Of a stretch of 48,876 nt of DNA, positions 18,993 through 28,500 are shown piece by piece; the first letter of the stretch is position 1, and each line of letters begins with the position of its first letter. The DNA comes from Patescibacteria group bacterium (lineage in GTDB: Bacteria > Patescibacteriota > Microgenomatia > Levybacterales > UBA12049). The translations under genes were made by a program, and so were the position numbers. Location of the stretch: positions 1,035,226-1,084,101 of the forward strand of contig BPJB01000001.1 of NCBI GenBank assembly GCA_026004395.1. The letters are read 5' to 3'. The notes beneath the pieces are model-generated. The model saw only the letters and a program-made list of their open reading frames with translations, searched no databases and was not told the origin of the DNA.

Positions 18993-19838
18993 TCATTTTT
19001 TCTTAGAGTTATTTTTTTCCTTACTTAATCCTAGTTTTAAGATAAAGGGACTAAGCCCTCCCCATCCTTGTATTTTATATTGTTGTATGATACCAAAAAC
19101 TGTGAAAGTAATCCAGTAGAGAGAAAGTCCCACTGGAAATGTATAGGAGAAAAAACCAATCATCAGTGGGAAAATATACGTTGACTGAGTTTGAAATGCT
19201 GCTGCAAAATCACTTGAGGCATCAGAAGTTTTTTTGGTCTTCTGATCACTTTTTTTAACAGAGCTTGTTGCAAACATCATTTTGGACTGCAAAAACTGAG
19301 TAAAACCCGTAAGAAAAGGGATAAAGAGTACCCATACACCTAAAATGTTTATAAGCTGAGAAGGAGTCTGACCAAGAGGAATACCGAAAAAATGTGTATC
19401 CCACATTGTTTTCAGTTTAAGTACATCTATATACACCAATTTATTAATCTCATTTAATGTCGTATGTTTAACCACATGCTGGAGTACTGAATATAATCCC
19501 CAAATCACCGGCAACTGGATCAAAACAGGAAGACAACCTGCTGCGGGATTAATACCATATTTTTTATAAAGAAGCATTGTTTCAGCTTGTAGCCGTTGAG
19601 GATTGTTTTTGTATTGTTTTTTTAATTTTGTCAAAAGAGGGGCAATCTCCTGCATTTTTTGGGAAGCTTTCAACTGCTGCGACATCAGAGGAAGAAGAAG
19701 AAAGCGAATCGCAACAGTAAGAAGAATGATAGCAAAACCAAGCGCAGATGGAACATGAAAAAGAAGCAATAGTTGATAAATTGCGATAAGTAAATTCGTA
19801 ATTGGTTGAACAATAAATAATTCAAATATGTTTCCCAT
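18993..19838 (-). CDS. yidC: Membrane protein insertase YidC (short, Gram-positive-like form)
   Basis: Blocks SQQLKASQKMQEIAPLLTKLKKQYKNNPQRLQAETMLLYKKYGINP and GCLPVLIQLPV are typical of the YidC/Oxa1 family. Synteny with yidD and rnpA. Confidence 0.92.
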   Translation of the reverse strand: MGNIFELFIVQPITNLLIAIYQLLLLFHVPSALGFAIILLTVAIRFLLLPLMSQQLKASQKMQEIAPLLTKLKKQYKNNPQRLQAETMLLYKKYGINPAAGCLPVLIQLPVIWGLYSVLQHVVKHTTLNEINKLVYIDVLKLKTMWDTHFFGIPLGQTPSQLINILGVWVLFIPFLTGFTQFLQSKMMFATSSVKKSDQKTKKTSDASSDFAAAFQTQSTYIFPLMIGFFSYTFPVGLSLYWITFTVFGIIQQYKIQGWGGLSPFILKLGLSKEKNNSKKK

Positions 19839-20049
19839 GATTAATCCTTAAAAAAGGTTGACAGGAGAGAAGCCTTTTTAAAGCCATCCGTGATCCTTGT
19901 ATTATACCATGTCTTTTAATAACAACAATCGCATAATCCGAACAACTTAGATTGTATCTGCACATTCTCTGTACTCCGAATATTTGTTTAAGAAAAGGAG
20001 ATAAAAAAAATTGATATGCTTTTATCACTCCTATAAAAAAATATTTCAT
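19822..20049 (-). CDS. yidD: Membrane protein insertion efficiency factor YidD
   Basis: YQFFLSPFL...CRYNLSCSDYA...HGIIQG...KRLLSCQPF is the canonical YidD pattern. It overlaps yidC by 17 nt and rnpA by 4 nt. Confidence 0.9.
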   Translation of the reverse strand: MKYFFIGVIKAYQFFLSPFLKQIFGVQRMCRYNLSCSDYAIVVIKRHGIIQGSRMALKRLLSCQPFLRINHGKHI

Positions 20050-20366
20050 ATGATCAATCGTCCTTTCCTCATCAGATCTTCAAGAAGTAAACGAGCATCG
20101 AAATTTTCAGGGTGTTTTTTAACAATTGCAATCATATCATATGAATCAGTTAGTTGAGGATAGAGCTCTCTAAAAGCGTCATAAAAAGAACGTCTAATTT
20201 TATTACGAACAACAGCTCTTTTATCTATCTTTTTGGAAACAATAACTCTAAAGCGGGAATGTCCTTGGTTGTTTTTTATAACTTTAAGCACAAGAGAAGA
20301 ATTACTAAAAACAATTGGATTGGCAAGACGAATACGTGCGGGGAGACGGAGTTCTCGTTTAAGCAT
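20046..20366 (-). CDS. rnpA: Ribonuclease P protein component
   Basis: Basic 106-aa protein immediately downstream of rpmH (2-nt gap) and upstream of yidD. RNase P protein-like RRSFY/KKIDKRAVVRNKIRR region. Confidence 0.85.
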   Translation of the reverse strand: MLKRELRLPARIRLANPIVFSNSSLVLKVIKNNQGHSRFRVIVSKKIDKRAVVRNKIRRSFYDAFRELYPQLTDSYDMIAIVKKHPENFDARLLLEDLMRKGRLII

Positions 20367-20368
20367 GA

Positions 20369-20503
20369 TTAAACAGTAAGCTGTAATCTTCCTTTTTCCC
20401 GACGACGCTTTAACACTTTTCTACCGCTATGAGTTGCGGATTTTGCGCGAAAACCATGCTTTCTTTTTCTTTTAACCTTTTTAAGCTTAACAATTTTTTC
20501 CAT
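20369..20503 (-). CDS. rpmH: 50S ribosomal protein L34. Not in the ORF track because it is under 60 aa.
   Basis: Manual translation of the minus strand from the ATG at 20503 gives [44 protein letters not shown] followed by TAA at 20371-20369. The [10 protein letters not shown]...GRKVLKRRR core is canonical L34. Confidence 0.9.
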   Translation of the reverse strand: MEKIVKLKKVKRKRKHGFRAKSATHSGRKVLKRRREKGRLQLTV

Positions 20504-20520
20504 AGCTTATCCTTGAATAA

Positions 20521-20549
20521 AGTATAACAAAAAAATGAATGATTGACAA
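20521..20549 (-). promoter_or_regulatory. Sigma70-type promoter for rpmH-rnpA-yidD-yidC-jag
   Basis: On the minus strand: TTGTCA (20549-20544), a 17-nt spacer ending in TGT (extended -10), then TATACT (20526-20521). It lies 17 nt upstream of the ATG, and the leader contains AAGGA. Confidence 0.5.
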
Positions 20550-20707
20550 TTTATTGGTAGCGTATTGTTGTCATACTTACTTAAAATATCAAACAATCAC
20601 AGCTGCTTAATCATTTTGTCAGTTTAAAAAGATTTTGTATCTAATCTATTTTTTCTTTTAATAATATTCAATTACGAATACTTTCTGCTTACAAAATGTT
20701 ATAAGAC

Positions 20708-20736
20708 TTGACAGCAGTTATCCACATTTGTACACT
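20708..20736 (+). promoter_or_regulatory. dnaA promoter with a perfect DnaA box in the spacer
   Basis: TTGACA (20708-20713), 17-nt spacer, TACACT (20731-20736). The spacer contains TTATCCACA (20718-20726), the exact consensus DnaA box, suggesting autoregulation. Confidence 0.55.
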
Positions 20737-20781
20737 GCAAATTACTCTTTGCCCACTAGCACTTATATAAATCACTTGTTT

Positions 20782-22140
20782 ATGAAAAACGAATTAAACA
20801 CACTCTGGAAAACTGTACTTTCTGATCTTGAGAAAAAAGTGTCGCGAGCTAATTTTTTGACTTTTGTTAAAACCCTTCACCTTATCTCACTGGAGGACCG
20901 GATTGCAACTATCGCTACACCCTCAACTATGGTAATGAGCCTAATGGAAAAACGTTTCCAAAAGGATATCAAAGAATCTTTAAAAAAACACACAGGTGAA
21001 GATATTGATGTTATATTTATTGTCAAAGGAGTACCTTCTCCATCACATATAGATCAGAAAGAAGGTACACTTTTTTCTTCTCTTATATCATCTCCACCAA
21101 AACCTCAAACACTCTCTATTGGCCATCCTCCGCGAGTTAGGGCAGATTATACATTTGAAACATTTGCAGTATCTAGCAGCAATCAACTTGCATTCACTGC
21201 TGCGCAAAAAGTAGCTTCTGTGCCGACAACATATAATCCTTTATTTATTTATGGACCAGTTGGGGTAGGAAAGACACATTTAATGCATGCTGTTGCTAAC
21301 CATCTCTATCAACTTCACCCTGATCGCAAAATAATATATATAACAAGCGAAGAATTTACAAATGAGGTGGTGGAAGCTATCAGAACCAACAGTACGGCGC
21401 AAATGAAAAAAAGATTCCGATCAGCCTCCCTTCTTTTGATAGATGATATCCAGTTTATTGAAGGAAAAGAAAGAGTTCAAGAAGAACTGTTTCATACCTT
21501 TAATACCCTAATAGATAATGGTGCACAAATTTGCCTGACATCTGATCGAGCACCAGAAGAAATAAAAAAACTTGAAAAAAGGCTCTTAAGTCGCTTTGCA
21601 GGAGGATTGACTGTTGATATTGCTGAGCCTGATTTTGAACTTAAAACTGCTATACTTTTGAAAAAAGCAGAGAAGTTTGGCTATTCACTACCCATTGATG
21701 TAGCAAAAATTATTGCTGATCGCGTCCAGGATGTTAGAAGTTTGGAAGGTCTTCTTCTTCGTGTCATAACGCATGCCTCAACGCTAAATGGAGATATTAC
21801 CATAGAGACAGCGCGTCGGGCTATTGGAGAAGCTAAAGAGGAACAACGTGGACATATTCATGCAGAAGATATTATCAAAACTGTATGTAATTATTATGGT
21901 ATCAAGCCAACAGCTCTGAAAGGACCAAAAAGAGAAGCATCACTAGTAAAAGCAAGACAAATCACAATGTATCTTCTAAAAGTAGAGCTTGGATTAACTT
22001 TTGTTGAAATTGGCAACCTGCTTGGAGGCAGAGACCATACAACTGTTATACACGGTGTGGAAAAAATTGAAAAACTTGTGGAAAACAAGGCTAAAATTTC
22101 TGAGGATATTATGGGGATAAGAAAAACACTTAATGGGTAA
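20782..22140 (+). CDS. dnaA: Chromosomal replication initiator protein DnaA
   Basis: Walker A GPVGVGKTHL, Walker B LLLIDDIQF, and a domain IV helix-turn-helix (LGGRDHTTVIHGVEKI). The ORF-track TTG start at 20728 lies inside the promoter, so the ATG at 20782 (MKNELNTLWK) is preferred. Confidence 0.93.
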   Translation: MKNELNTLWKTVLSDLEKKVSRANFLTFVKTLHLISLEDRIATIATPSTMVMSLMEKRFQKDIKESLKKHTGEDIDVIFIVKGVPSPSHIDQKEGTLFSSLISSPPKPQTLSIGHPPRVRADYTFETFAVSSSNQLAFTAAQKVASVPTTYNPLFIYGPVGVGKTHLMHAVANHLYQLHPDRKIIYITSEEFTNEVVEAIRTNSTAQMKKRFRSASLLLIDDIQFIEGKERVQEELFHTFNTLIDNGAQICLTSDRAPEEIKKLEKRLLSRFAGGLTVDIAEPDFELKTAILLKKAEKFGYSLPIDVAKIIADRVQDVRSLEGLLLRVITHASTLNGDITIETARRAIGEAKEEQRGHIHAEDIIKTVCNYYGIKPTALKGPKREASLVKARQITMYLLKVELGLTFVEIGNLLGGRDHTTVIHGVEKIEKLVENKAKISEDIMGIRKTLNG

Positions 22141-22403
22141 AACTGAAGGAAAAATCATTTTTTGGGTTTTCAGATTTTTTTCCCCAATTTTATCCCCAAC
22201 ATATACACAAAACAGAATATTCACTAAATAAAAAAATATTCTCACATATAGGATTTGCGAGTTTTTCTTTTATTAAAAATAATTGTTTGAGAAAAGAGGG
22301 TTATTTACAAATTTTATTAATTTCTTAATAACTTTATAGGGCAATTTAATCTTGCATTTTTCCACTTATCCATATACACTACTACAACAACAGATATGTA
22401 TTT
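22141..22403. other. Candidate oriC (dnaA-dnaN intergenic region with DnaA-box cluster and AT-rich stretches)
   Basis: Same-orientation boxes: TTATCCCCA 22190-22198 (8/9), ATATACACA 22201-22209 (7/9), TTATTTACA 22301-22309 (7/9), TTATCCATA 22366-22374 (8/9). Long A/T runs lie between them. Confidence 0.5.
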
Positions 22404-23510
22404 ATGAAAGTTAATATTCTTGCAGAAAATCTACAAAAAAAATTATCTTTTGTAAATCACGCTATTTCTATTAGAAACGATCTTCCAATACTTCTTAATA
22501 TTCTTATTGAAGCAGAGGGTAATAAAATAAAACTGAGTAGCACTGATCTTGAAATAGGTATTCAAACAACTCTTCCTGCAGATGTTCTTGAAGAAGGAGG
22601 AACAACAGTTCCCGCTCGACCATTTACAGAGCTTATTAATTCTCTTCCTAATGAAGCAATAACACTTGAGACAGAGGATAGATTGCTTAAGGTAACAAGT
22701 AAAAAAACAAAAAGTTCTTTCCAAACAATACCCAAGGAAGATTTCCCCAAACTATTTGAGGAAAAAGGCGAGCTTTTAGCTGATATACCTTTCCTTTCAT
22801 TAAAAAGAGATTGTTCAATGGTAGTGTTTTCTGCGAGTACTGATACTACAAGACCTGCCCTATCAGGAATATTGATGAGGAAAGAAGAGTCAGGATTTAT
22901 CTTTGTAGCAACAGATGGTTATAGACTTTCATTAAAACATTTAACATCCAATGGTTTAAAAGGTGAAGACCAGTCAATAATTGTTCCAGCTCGTGTATTT
23001 AGAGAAGTTCTTTCAATGAAAGAAGATGCAGAAAATATTCAGATCTATGTCTCTAAAGGAAGCAATCAAGTAATTTTTGAACAAAACGATACGCTTCTTG
23101 TTGGAAGATTAATTGAGGCAGAGTATCCTAATTATCAGCGCATTATTCCCTCAGATCATGCCTCTCATGTTGTTTTTGATCGTGAAGAGTTGTTAAGGGC
23201 TGTTAAAATTTGCTCTATTTTTGCCAGAGAAGCAGCAAACATCATTAAACTTTCACTGAGAAAGACAAGCATTATTGTTTCATCGCATACTCCTTCAGTT
23301 GGAGAAAATATGGTTGAGACTGATGCACAACTTACAGGTGAGGAGAATGAAATTGCTTTTAATGCTCGATATCTTTTGGATGTGCTTTCTAATGTACCTG
23401 CATCTGAGATGGTTTTTGAGATGACAGGGCCTTTGAATCCCGGTGTATTTAAAATAAAAGACGATGAGTCATTTCTTCACTTGATTATGCCTATTCGTGT
23501 TCAAGAGTAG
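22404..23510 (+). CDS. dnaN: DNA polymerase III beta sliding clamp
   Basis: Position after dnaA. Three-domain length (368 aa). Typical blocks LSSTDLEIGI, ATDGYRLS and LIEAEYPNYQRIIP. Confidence 0.93.
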   Translation: MKVNILAENLQKKLSFVNHAISIRNDLPILLNILIEAEGNKIKLSSTDLEIGIQTTLPADVLEEGGTTVPARPFTELINSLPNEAITLETEDRLLKVTSKKTKSSFQTIPKEDFPKLFEEKGELLADIPFLSLKRDCSMVVFSASTDTTRPALSGILMRKEESGFIFVATDGYRLSLKHLTSNGLKGEDQSIIVPARVFREVLSMKEDAENIQIYVSKGSNQVIFEQNDTLLVGRLIEAEYPNYQRIIPSDHASHVVFDREELLRAVKICSIFAREAANIIKLSLRKTSIIVSSHTPSVGENMVETDAQLTGEENEIAFNARYLLDVLSNVPASEMVFEMTGPLNPGVFKIKDDESFLHLIMPIRVQE

Positions 23511-23513
23511 ATT

Positions 23514-24140
23514 TTAGAGTGTTGGTTGATACTTAATAACTACCTTAGATGATGAAGTAAGTCCATTACTTCGTAACCACGACAATGCTTCTTGCCGATA
23601 GCGCAAAGTGTCTTGGGTAAATGTTGAGCTATCCTTTTTGGCAAAAGTAGTAATAAGTATATAGTCATCACTATCTTTGTACTCTATTACAAATGTTTTT
23701 TGAGGCGACCAATAAGGCAGCTTATCCCAAAAGGGCTCTTTTTTTAATTTCTCAAGATACTCAGGGTTTTGGGTTGGAATAAGAGGGACTTCCTCTGTTT
23801 GCGGTAGATTGCTTTCTGATGGCACTTTAGGAATAAGAGTGAAAGTAATGCGTTGATATTTTTCTGAGAGTTTTATTACTTTTTCCTCAGAAACATATCC
23901 TTCTAAGGAAAGAGTAATTCGAAGTTGTTTTCCGCGTGGAAGATCTTTTAAAGTAAGTGGTGTCTTTGCATCTAGTTTTTTACCATCAAGAGTAACCTCT
24001 GCTCCGGAAGGATTACTTTCGATTAAAATCTGGGATTTCTTCTCAGGCAAAAACAGCAATCCGATAATAATAACACAGACTATTGAGAGGATAACAACGA
24101 ATCCTATACGCAGAAGAAAAACAATATTTGAGTTATTCAT
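23514..24140 (-). CDS. Membrane-anchored PEGA-domain protein
   Basis: N-terminal TM helix, then IESNPSGAEVTLDGKKLDAKTPLTLKDLPRGKQLRITLSLEGY, which matches the PEGA pattern. The start lies 1 nt after the upstream stop (TAATATG). Confidence 0.6.
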   Translation of the reverse strand: MNNSNIVFLLRIGFVVILSIVCVIIIGLLFLPEKKSQILIESNPSGAEVTLDGKKLDAKTPLTLKDLPRGKQLRITLSLEGYVSEEKVIKLSEKYQRITFTLIPKVPSESNLPQTEEVPLIPTQNPEYLEKLKKEPFWDKLPYWSPQKTFVIEYKDSDDYILITTFAKKDSSTFTQDTLRYRQEALSWLRSNGLTSSSKVVIKYQPTL

Positions 24141-24141
24141 A

Positions 24142-25014
24142 TTAATATTCTACACCTTGAAAATATGCCTGCTTTACAGCATTATAAGTGCAGGGAAAAT
24201 CCTTTTTTAAGTTTTTAGATGCACCACGATAATCAGCAATAACCTCCTCTGCAGCAGTCATATAAAAAGCAAGAATTTCTGAGTTATTTTCATTCCAGTT
24301 AGTAAATCCGTAATTACTAACTATCTCACCGCAACTCTCAACTTGACGATAAGCATCGTTTCCACCTAGATATCCAGCCAATCCTCCATTAGGAAGTCCT
24401 CCTGATGCAGAGTGTCCTATTTCATGAGCAAAAAGCCACTCCATTACAAGTTGTGAGGCGGCGTTGTTAATATCATTGGTAATCACAATAAGGCGCGAGT
24501 TTGGTTTTGTTCCATACTGGGGATACACCTGACCAGCATAATATCCCCACGTGCCATCATTGCAAGCAAGAGGATAACAAGTAGCACGAGTTATCTCCAG
24601 AATATAATTTCCAATTGCCAAAGCACGATATGAAGGAGCGGCATATATTCTCTGTACAACATTCCAGAGAGCAGTTAGTTGTTCTTTAGTCCAGCCATTA
24701 GATGGAGGGCTATAGCCGCTTTCTGTAGGACACACTTTATAGTCGTTGCATAATTTGCTTTTCATTTGTTGAACATCTGCAGGTGGCGGCTCTCCTACAT
24801 TTCCACTTCCTACGGTGGGAGAGTTGGTGTTTAGTGTGTTTTCTTTACATCCTAGTTCATCCTCGCTCACCCCTTCTACTGTTCCCACTTTGGTGACACA
24901 ATAACCACTTCGAGCTTCTTGAGCATAAGTTGTTGGCAGAATAAAATGTACCAAGATTATGTTGATTATGACTATCCAAAAATATTTGCAATATTTATTG
25001 AATGAGTATTTCAT
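24142..25014 (-). CDS. Secreted Cys-rich putative zinc metalloprotease (HExxH)
   Basis: Signal peptide ending TTYA/QEA. HEIGH at 24412-24426. About 10 cysteines. A strong GGGAGGA Shine-Dalgarno lies 7 nt upstream of the ATG at 25014, so that start is preferred over 25035. Confidence 0.55.
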   Translation of the reverse strand: MKYSFNKYCKYFWIVIINIILVHFILPTTYAQEARSGYCVTKVGTVEGVSEDELGCKENTLNTNSPTVGSGNVGEPPPADVQQMKSKLCNDYKVCPTESGYSPPSNGWTKEQLTALWNVVQRIYAAPSYRALAIGNYILEITRATCYPLACNDGTWGYYAGQVYPQYGTKPNSRLIVITNDINNAASQLVMEWLFAHEIGHSASGGLPNGGLAGYLGGNDAYRQVESCGEIVSNYGFTNWNENNSEILAFYMTAAEEVIADYRGASKNLKKDFPCTYNAVKQAYFQGVEY

Positions 25015-25027
25015 GAATGAATCCTCC

Positions 25028-25525
25028 CTAATCAAGAATATCCGGAACTTTTAATAAAGGAACTTTTATTTGGTATTCAGTTATAAGTCTTTGTTTATTA
25101 TCAAAAATTTTGATTGTGTACAGCACATCAGGTTTCCAGAACTCAGGCGGATCGGGAAAAATTATAAGACTGTTTGCAGTATCTCCTCTCTGAACTTTCA
25201 GAGGAAGTGGAGGAGATGCAATCACTTTTACATCACTAGGAGTAATGTCTTGGGAAAAAGTCACCTCAATTTTTTGTGAAGGATTTTTAATTGTTTTTCC
25301 TGTAGAATCCTCTTTTGGTGATGTGGTTATTGTTTGAATAGGAGAGCGAGAAGCTGGAAAAGAAGAAAATGAAGATTCTTTTTTGGGTGAAGGAGTGGGG
25401 GATGGAGATTGCTTTTCTCTAGGGTTCGGAAACAAATTCATAACAAGAACAAGAAGAATTATCAAGGTAATAATAGCAAGGATAATAGTGAAAAAAAATA
25501 ATGTTTTTGGGAATTTTAGAATCAT
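25028..25525 (-). CDS. Membrane-anchored protein with a Pro/Ser linker and an Ig-like beta domain
   Basis: N-terminal TM helix, an SPSPTPSPKK linker, and a beta-rich C-terminus resembling bacterial Ig-like domains. Its ATG overlaps the upstream TGA (TGATG), implying translational coupling. Confidence 0.5.
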   Translation of the reverse strand: MILKFPKTLFFFTIILAIITLIILLVLVMNLFPNPREKQSPSPTPSPKKESSFSSFPASRSPIQTITTSPKEDSTGKTIKNPSQKIEVTFSQDITPSDVKVIASPPLPLKVQRGDTANSLIIFPDPPEFWKPDVLYTIKIFDNKQRLITEYQIKVPLLKVPDILD

Positions 25526-28500
25526 CAATTACATTTTACGTACTGATCTGCGTTCCTGCAACCTTGTATTCCGTCAAACCCACATGGACCTCCAATTCCT
25601 ATTTGAAAATGAACATGTGGACCGGAGTTAAAGACTTGAAAAGATCCCGAATATCCAACAACATCTCCAGATTTATAGTATTTATCAACCTCAACTGGAT
25701 TGCTTTTTCTACTGTGATGAAACTGCATCCAAATAGGTTCATCAGTGATATCATCGCTGCAGCTGACAATCTGAATAACCTGATCTGGCTCTTTACCTGT
25801 TTGATTATTATATCCTTTACAGGTGACAGAATGTGCTTCACCATTTATCGAGATTTTAGGAATATAAACAGGCCCATTTAAAGGATTAGTAATATCAATA
25901 GCATAACTTGCAGAATCAACTCCAGCAGCGCAGTAATCACACACTCCTCCATACATGCTACAAACGCTTGCTTGGTAGGATGCAGTGCAATGACATGCAG
26001 GAGCAACTGCGCTTCCCTGCTTTGTACCGCAGGTGATAGGTCCTACTCCAGGGCAAGTGGCATTGGGATTGGGTGGATTAGTTGTTGATGTGGTTTTTTC
26101 TCCTGATTGGGGATTTCCTTGCCCTCCTATAGCTCGAGCTATGGCTCTACTGCTGTAGAAAAGGTCATTTCTGACAAGGGGTAGAATAGTAATCGTAAAT
26201 TCTTGAGGTGCAAAGGTTGATACTGTGCCTGTGTTATCACTCATTGGTATTCCTTTATATTTATCAGCAAGCGCTTTTGCTCTGTTGGAGAATGTTTGCA
26301 TGAACTGTTTATAGTAGGGTGCCCATCCCTCCATTGTGGATCGCCAGTTATCATTTGCTGCTATATCTGATGCAATTTCTCTTGCGAGAGCTATTGCACC
26401 AAGGTCTTTATCCATAAGAAGAATAGCAATTGCTTGTTGAGCAGAGCTGTCTCCACTTTGTGCACGGCTAGCAAGCGTCGTCAAAGCTATTTCCGGAAAG
26501 GATGGGGGGTTGGTAATTTTGCCACCAGAGTCATTGATGACTCTTTGTCCTACTTCTTTCACTTTGGATGGATTAGATGCGCTTCCTTGTCCATATGCAG
26601 CTTCAAAATCCTCGACAATATGTGATGTTGCTTGGGAGACTTGAATACCATATCCTACCTGCCATCCTCCTGAGTAGTACCCTCCTATACACCCTCGATT
26701 GATCTCTTTGTGTGTGTCTTGACAGTTCCAGAAAAAGCGATAACCTCCAATTCCCTCAACAGCGCCTGTCCAGATCACAGAAAGAAAAGGATCAATATAT
26801 TTGGGATCACCATTTTTGACTTTTGTACGCAGATAGCTTTGGTATTTGGCAACTAATGATCCCAGTGTATTCATATCATTCATCTGACTTTCGGAAAAAT
26901 TGATATCAGATGGACCATTGGGAGGTGGAAGATTGTAAGGAGACTGCGTATATTTATTAAAGTTCACAGATGAAGCCTGCGATGTGCTAGGAGTTCCTGT
27001 TAGTTGTCCACTGGATGATCCTGATTGATTGTTGATCATTCCTTGATTTTCTCTTACTGACCAAATAACAGCTGTGACTTTTTCTAAACCATTGGGGAGT
27101 ATCTCTTTTTTTGTTGTATATTTTCCTGATGCACTAATAAAAAGAGCATTTTCAGGTATCGGATCTGTAACAATAATATCCTCTGCCTGACCCTCATATA
27201 CAACGCGAATAGTATAAGTAATTTGTGATTCTTTGATACGCTCTGCTATTTTTTGGAGTTCTTGCTGGTACTTATCAACAGTGTCGCCAACTGCTTTTAG
27301 ACTATCACTAATTGCTTCAAAAAGATTGGTATCCATTGCCGCTAAAACCCTTGCAGATGTTGATGCACCTTGGACAGTTGCACAGTTTCTCCCTCTGCAG
27401 AATGTCTGAGATTCAGGATTGGTTACTTGCTGATCAGTGGTATTTTTAGAAACTTCAGTAAAGCGTCCTTGCATCTCGGTGGTGGATTCGTCTCCACCTA
27501 TTGTTAATAGCAATATCAGCAAAATAAGCAGTATAGCAATAACTATCCAAGTTGCTGGATGAGCTAGCAGAGGAGCAGCTCTTGCTGCAAGTCCTCCAAT
27601 TCTTGCAGCACTGCTTATTCCCAATCTTCCTGCTTGTCCAACTCTTGCTCCTAACATTCTCGTGAGTTGTTTTTGAGGAAGTGGTGGTCTAGAAAATGAT
27701 CGCAGTGGTCTATTAGCAGATCTTGAACGAGAGGGAGAAGAGCTGCGATCATCGGTACTCTTTTCTGCTGATTGTGTTAGGTTTTGGGATCTATTTTCCT
27801 TTTTGTTTGATGAAGAGGATGAAGAGGAAGAAGAATTATCATCTTCATCAGAAGATTCTTCTTCTCCAATCACTTTTTCATTATCAGAAACAAGATTTTC
27901 ACTGGAATCTATACTTATCTTTCTGCTGTCCAAATCAACAGGAGAAGAAGGAGATTGTTTATTTTCTGAAGTTGATGAGATGGTAGTTTGTTTTTTTAAT
28001 AATCCGACCACAAAATTAAGCGCGTTGTCAAATTGAGCATAGGCTGAAGCTTTTTTAGGAAAATGTTCTGCAAAATAGCGGTAATAGGGAAGAATTGCTT
28101 CAATAGTTGCCCGCTGCAGAGGAATAGGAGGAGTAGTGGGTGATCTTTCCCAATCTTCCAAAACACGATTCATTGCTTTATCAACTTCAGCCTTTAGTTT
28201 TTGGAAAATAGGATCACTTTCTGGACTAACTTTTCCTGTTTGGTCTTGATAAATTTTATTTGCCTCTTGATCTTTATATTTCTGAGCAAGCTGCGGGAAT
28301 TGTCTGACGAATAAAGCAAGAGTATCTTTATCAAGCGATGAGGATCCTTTTCCCAATATATAATCTTGACCTTTGACACTGTTGATTGATTCATGGTTTT
28401 CTGCTTCCCAGCGTTTGATTTGTTCTTCCCTAAGTTGTTGATAAGAGGGATCTTGTTTGATTTCCTCACTAAAGGGGATTTCTATATTGAAGTCAGAAAG

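Noticed and set aside
25383-25881. Plus-strand ORFs (25383-25631, 25501-25881) across the junction of the 166-aa gene and the M23 domain
   Set aside because: They are antisense to the region encoding the clear M23 GPHVHFQI motif and to the coupled TGATG junction. Their translations look random.
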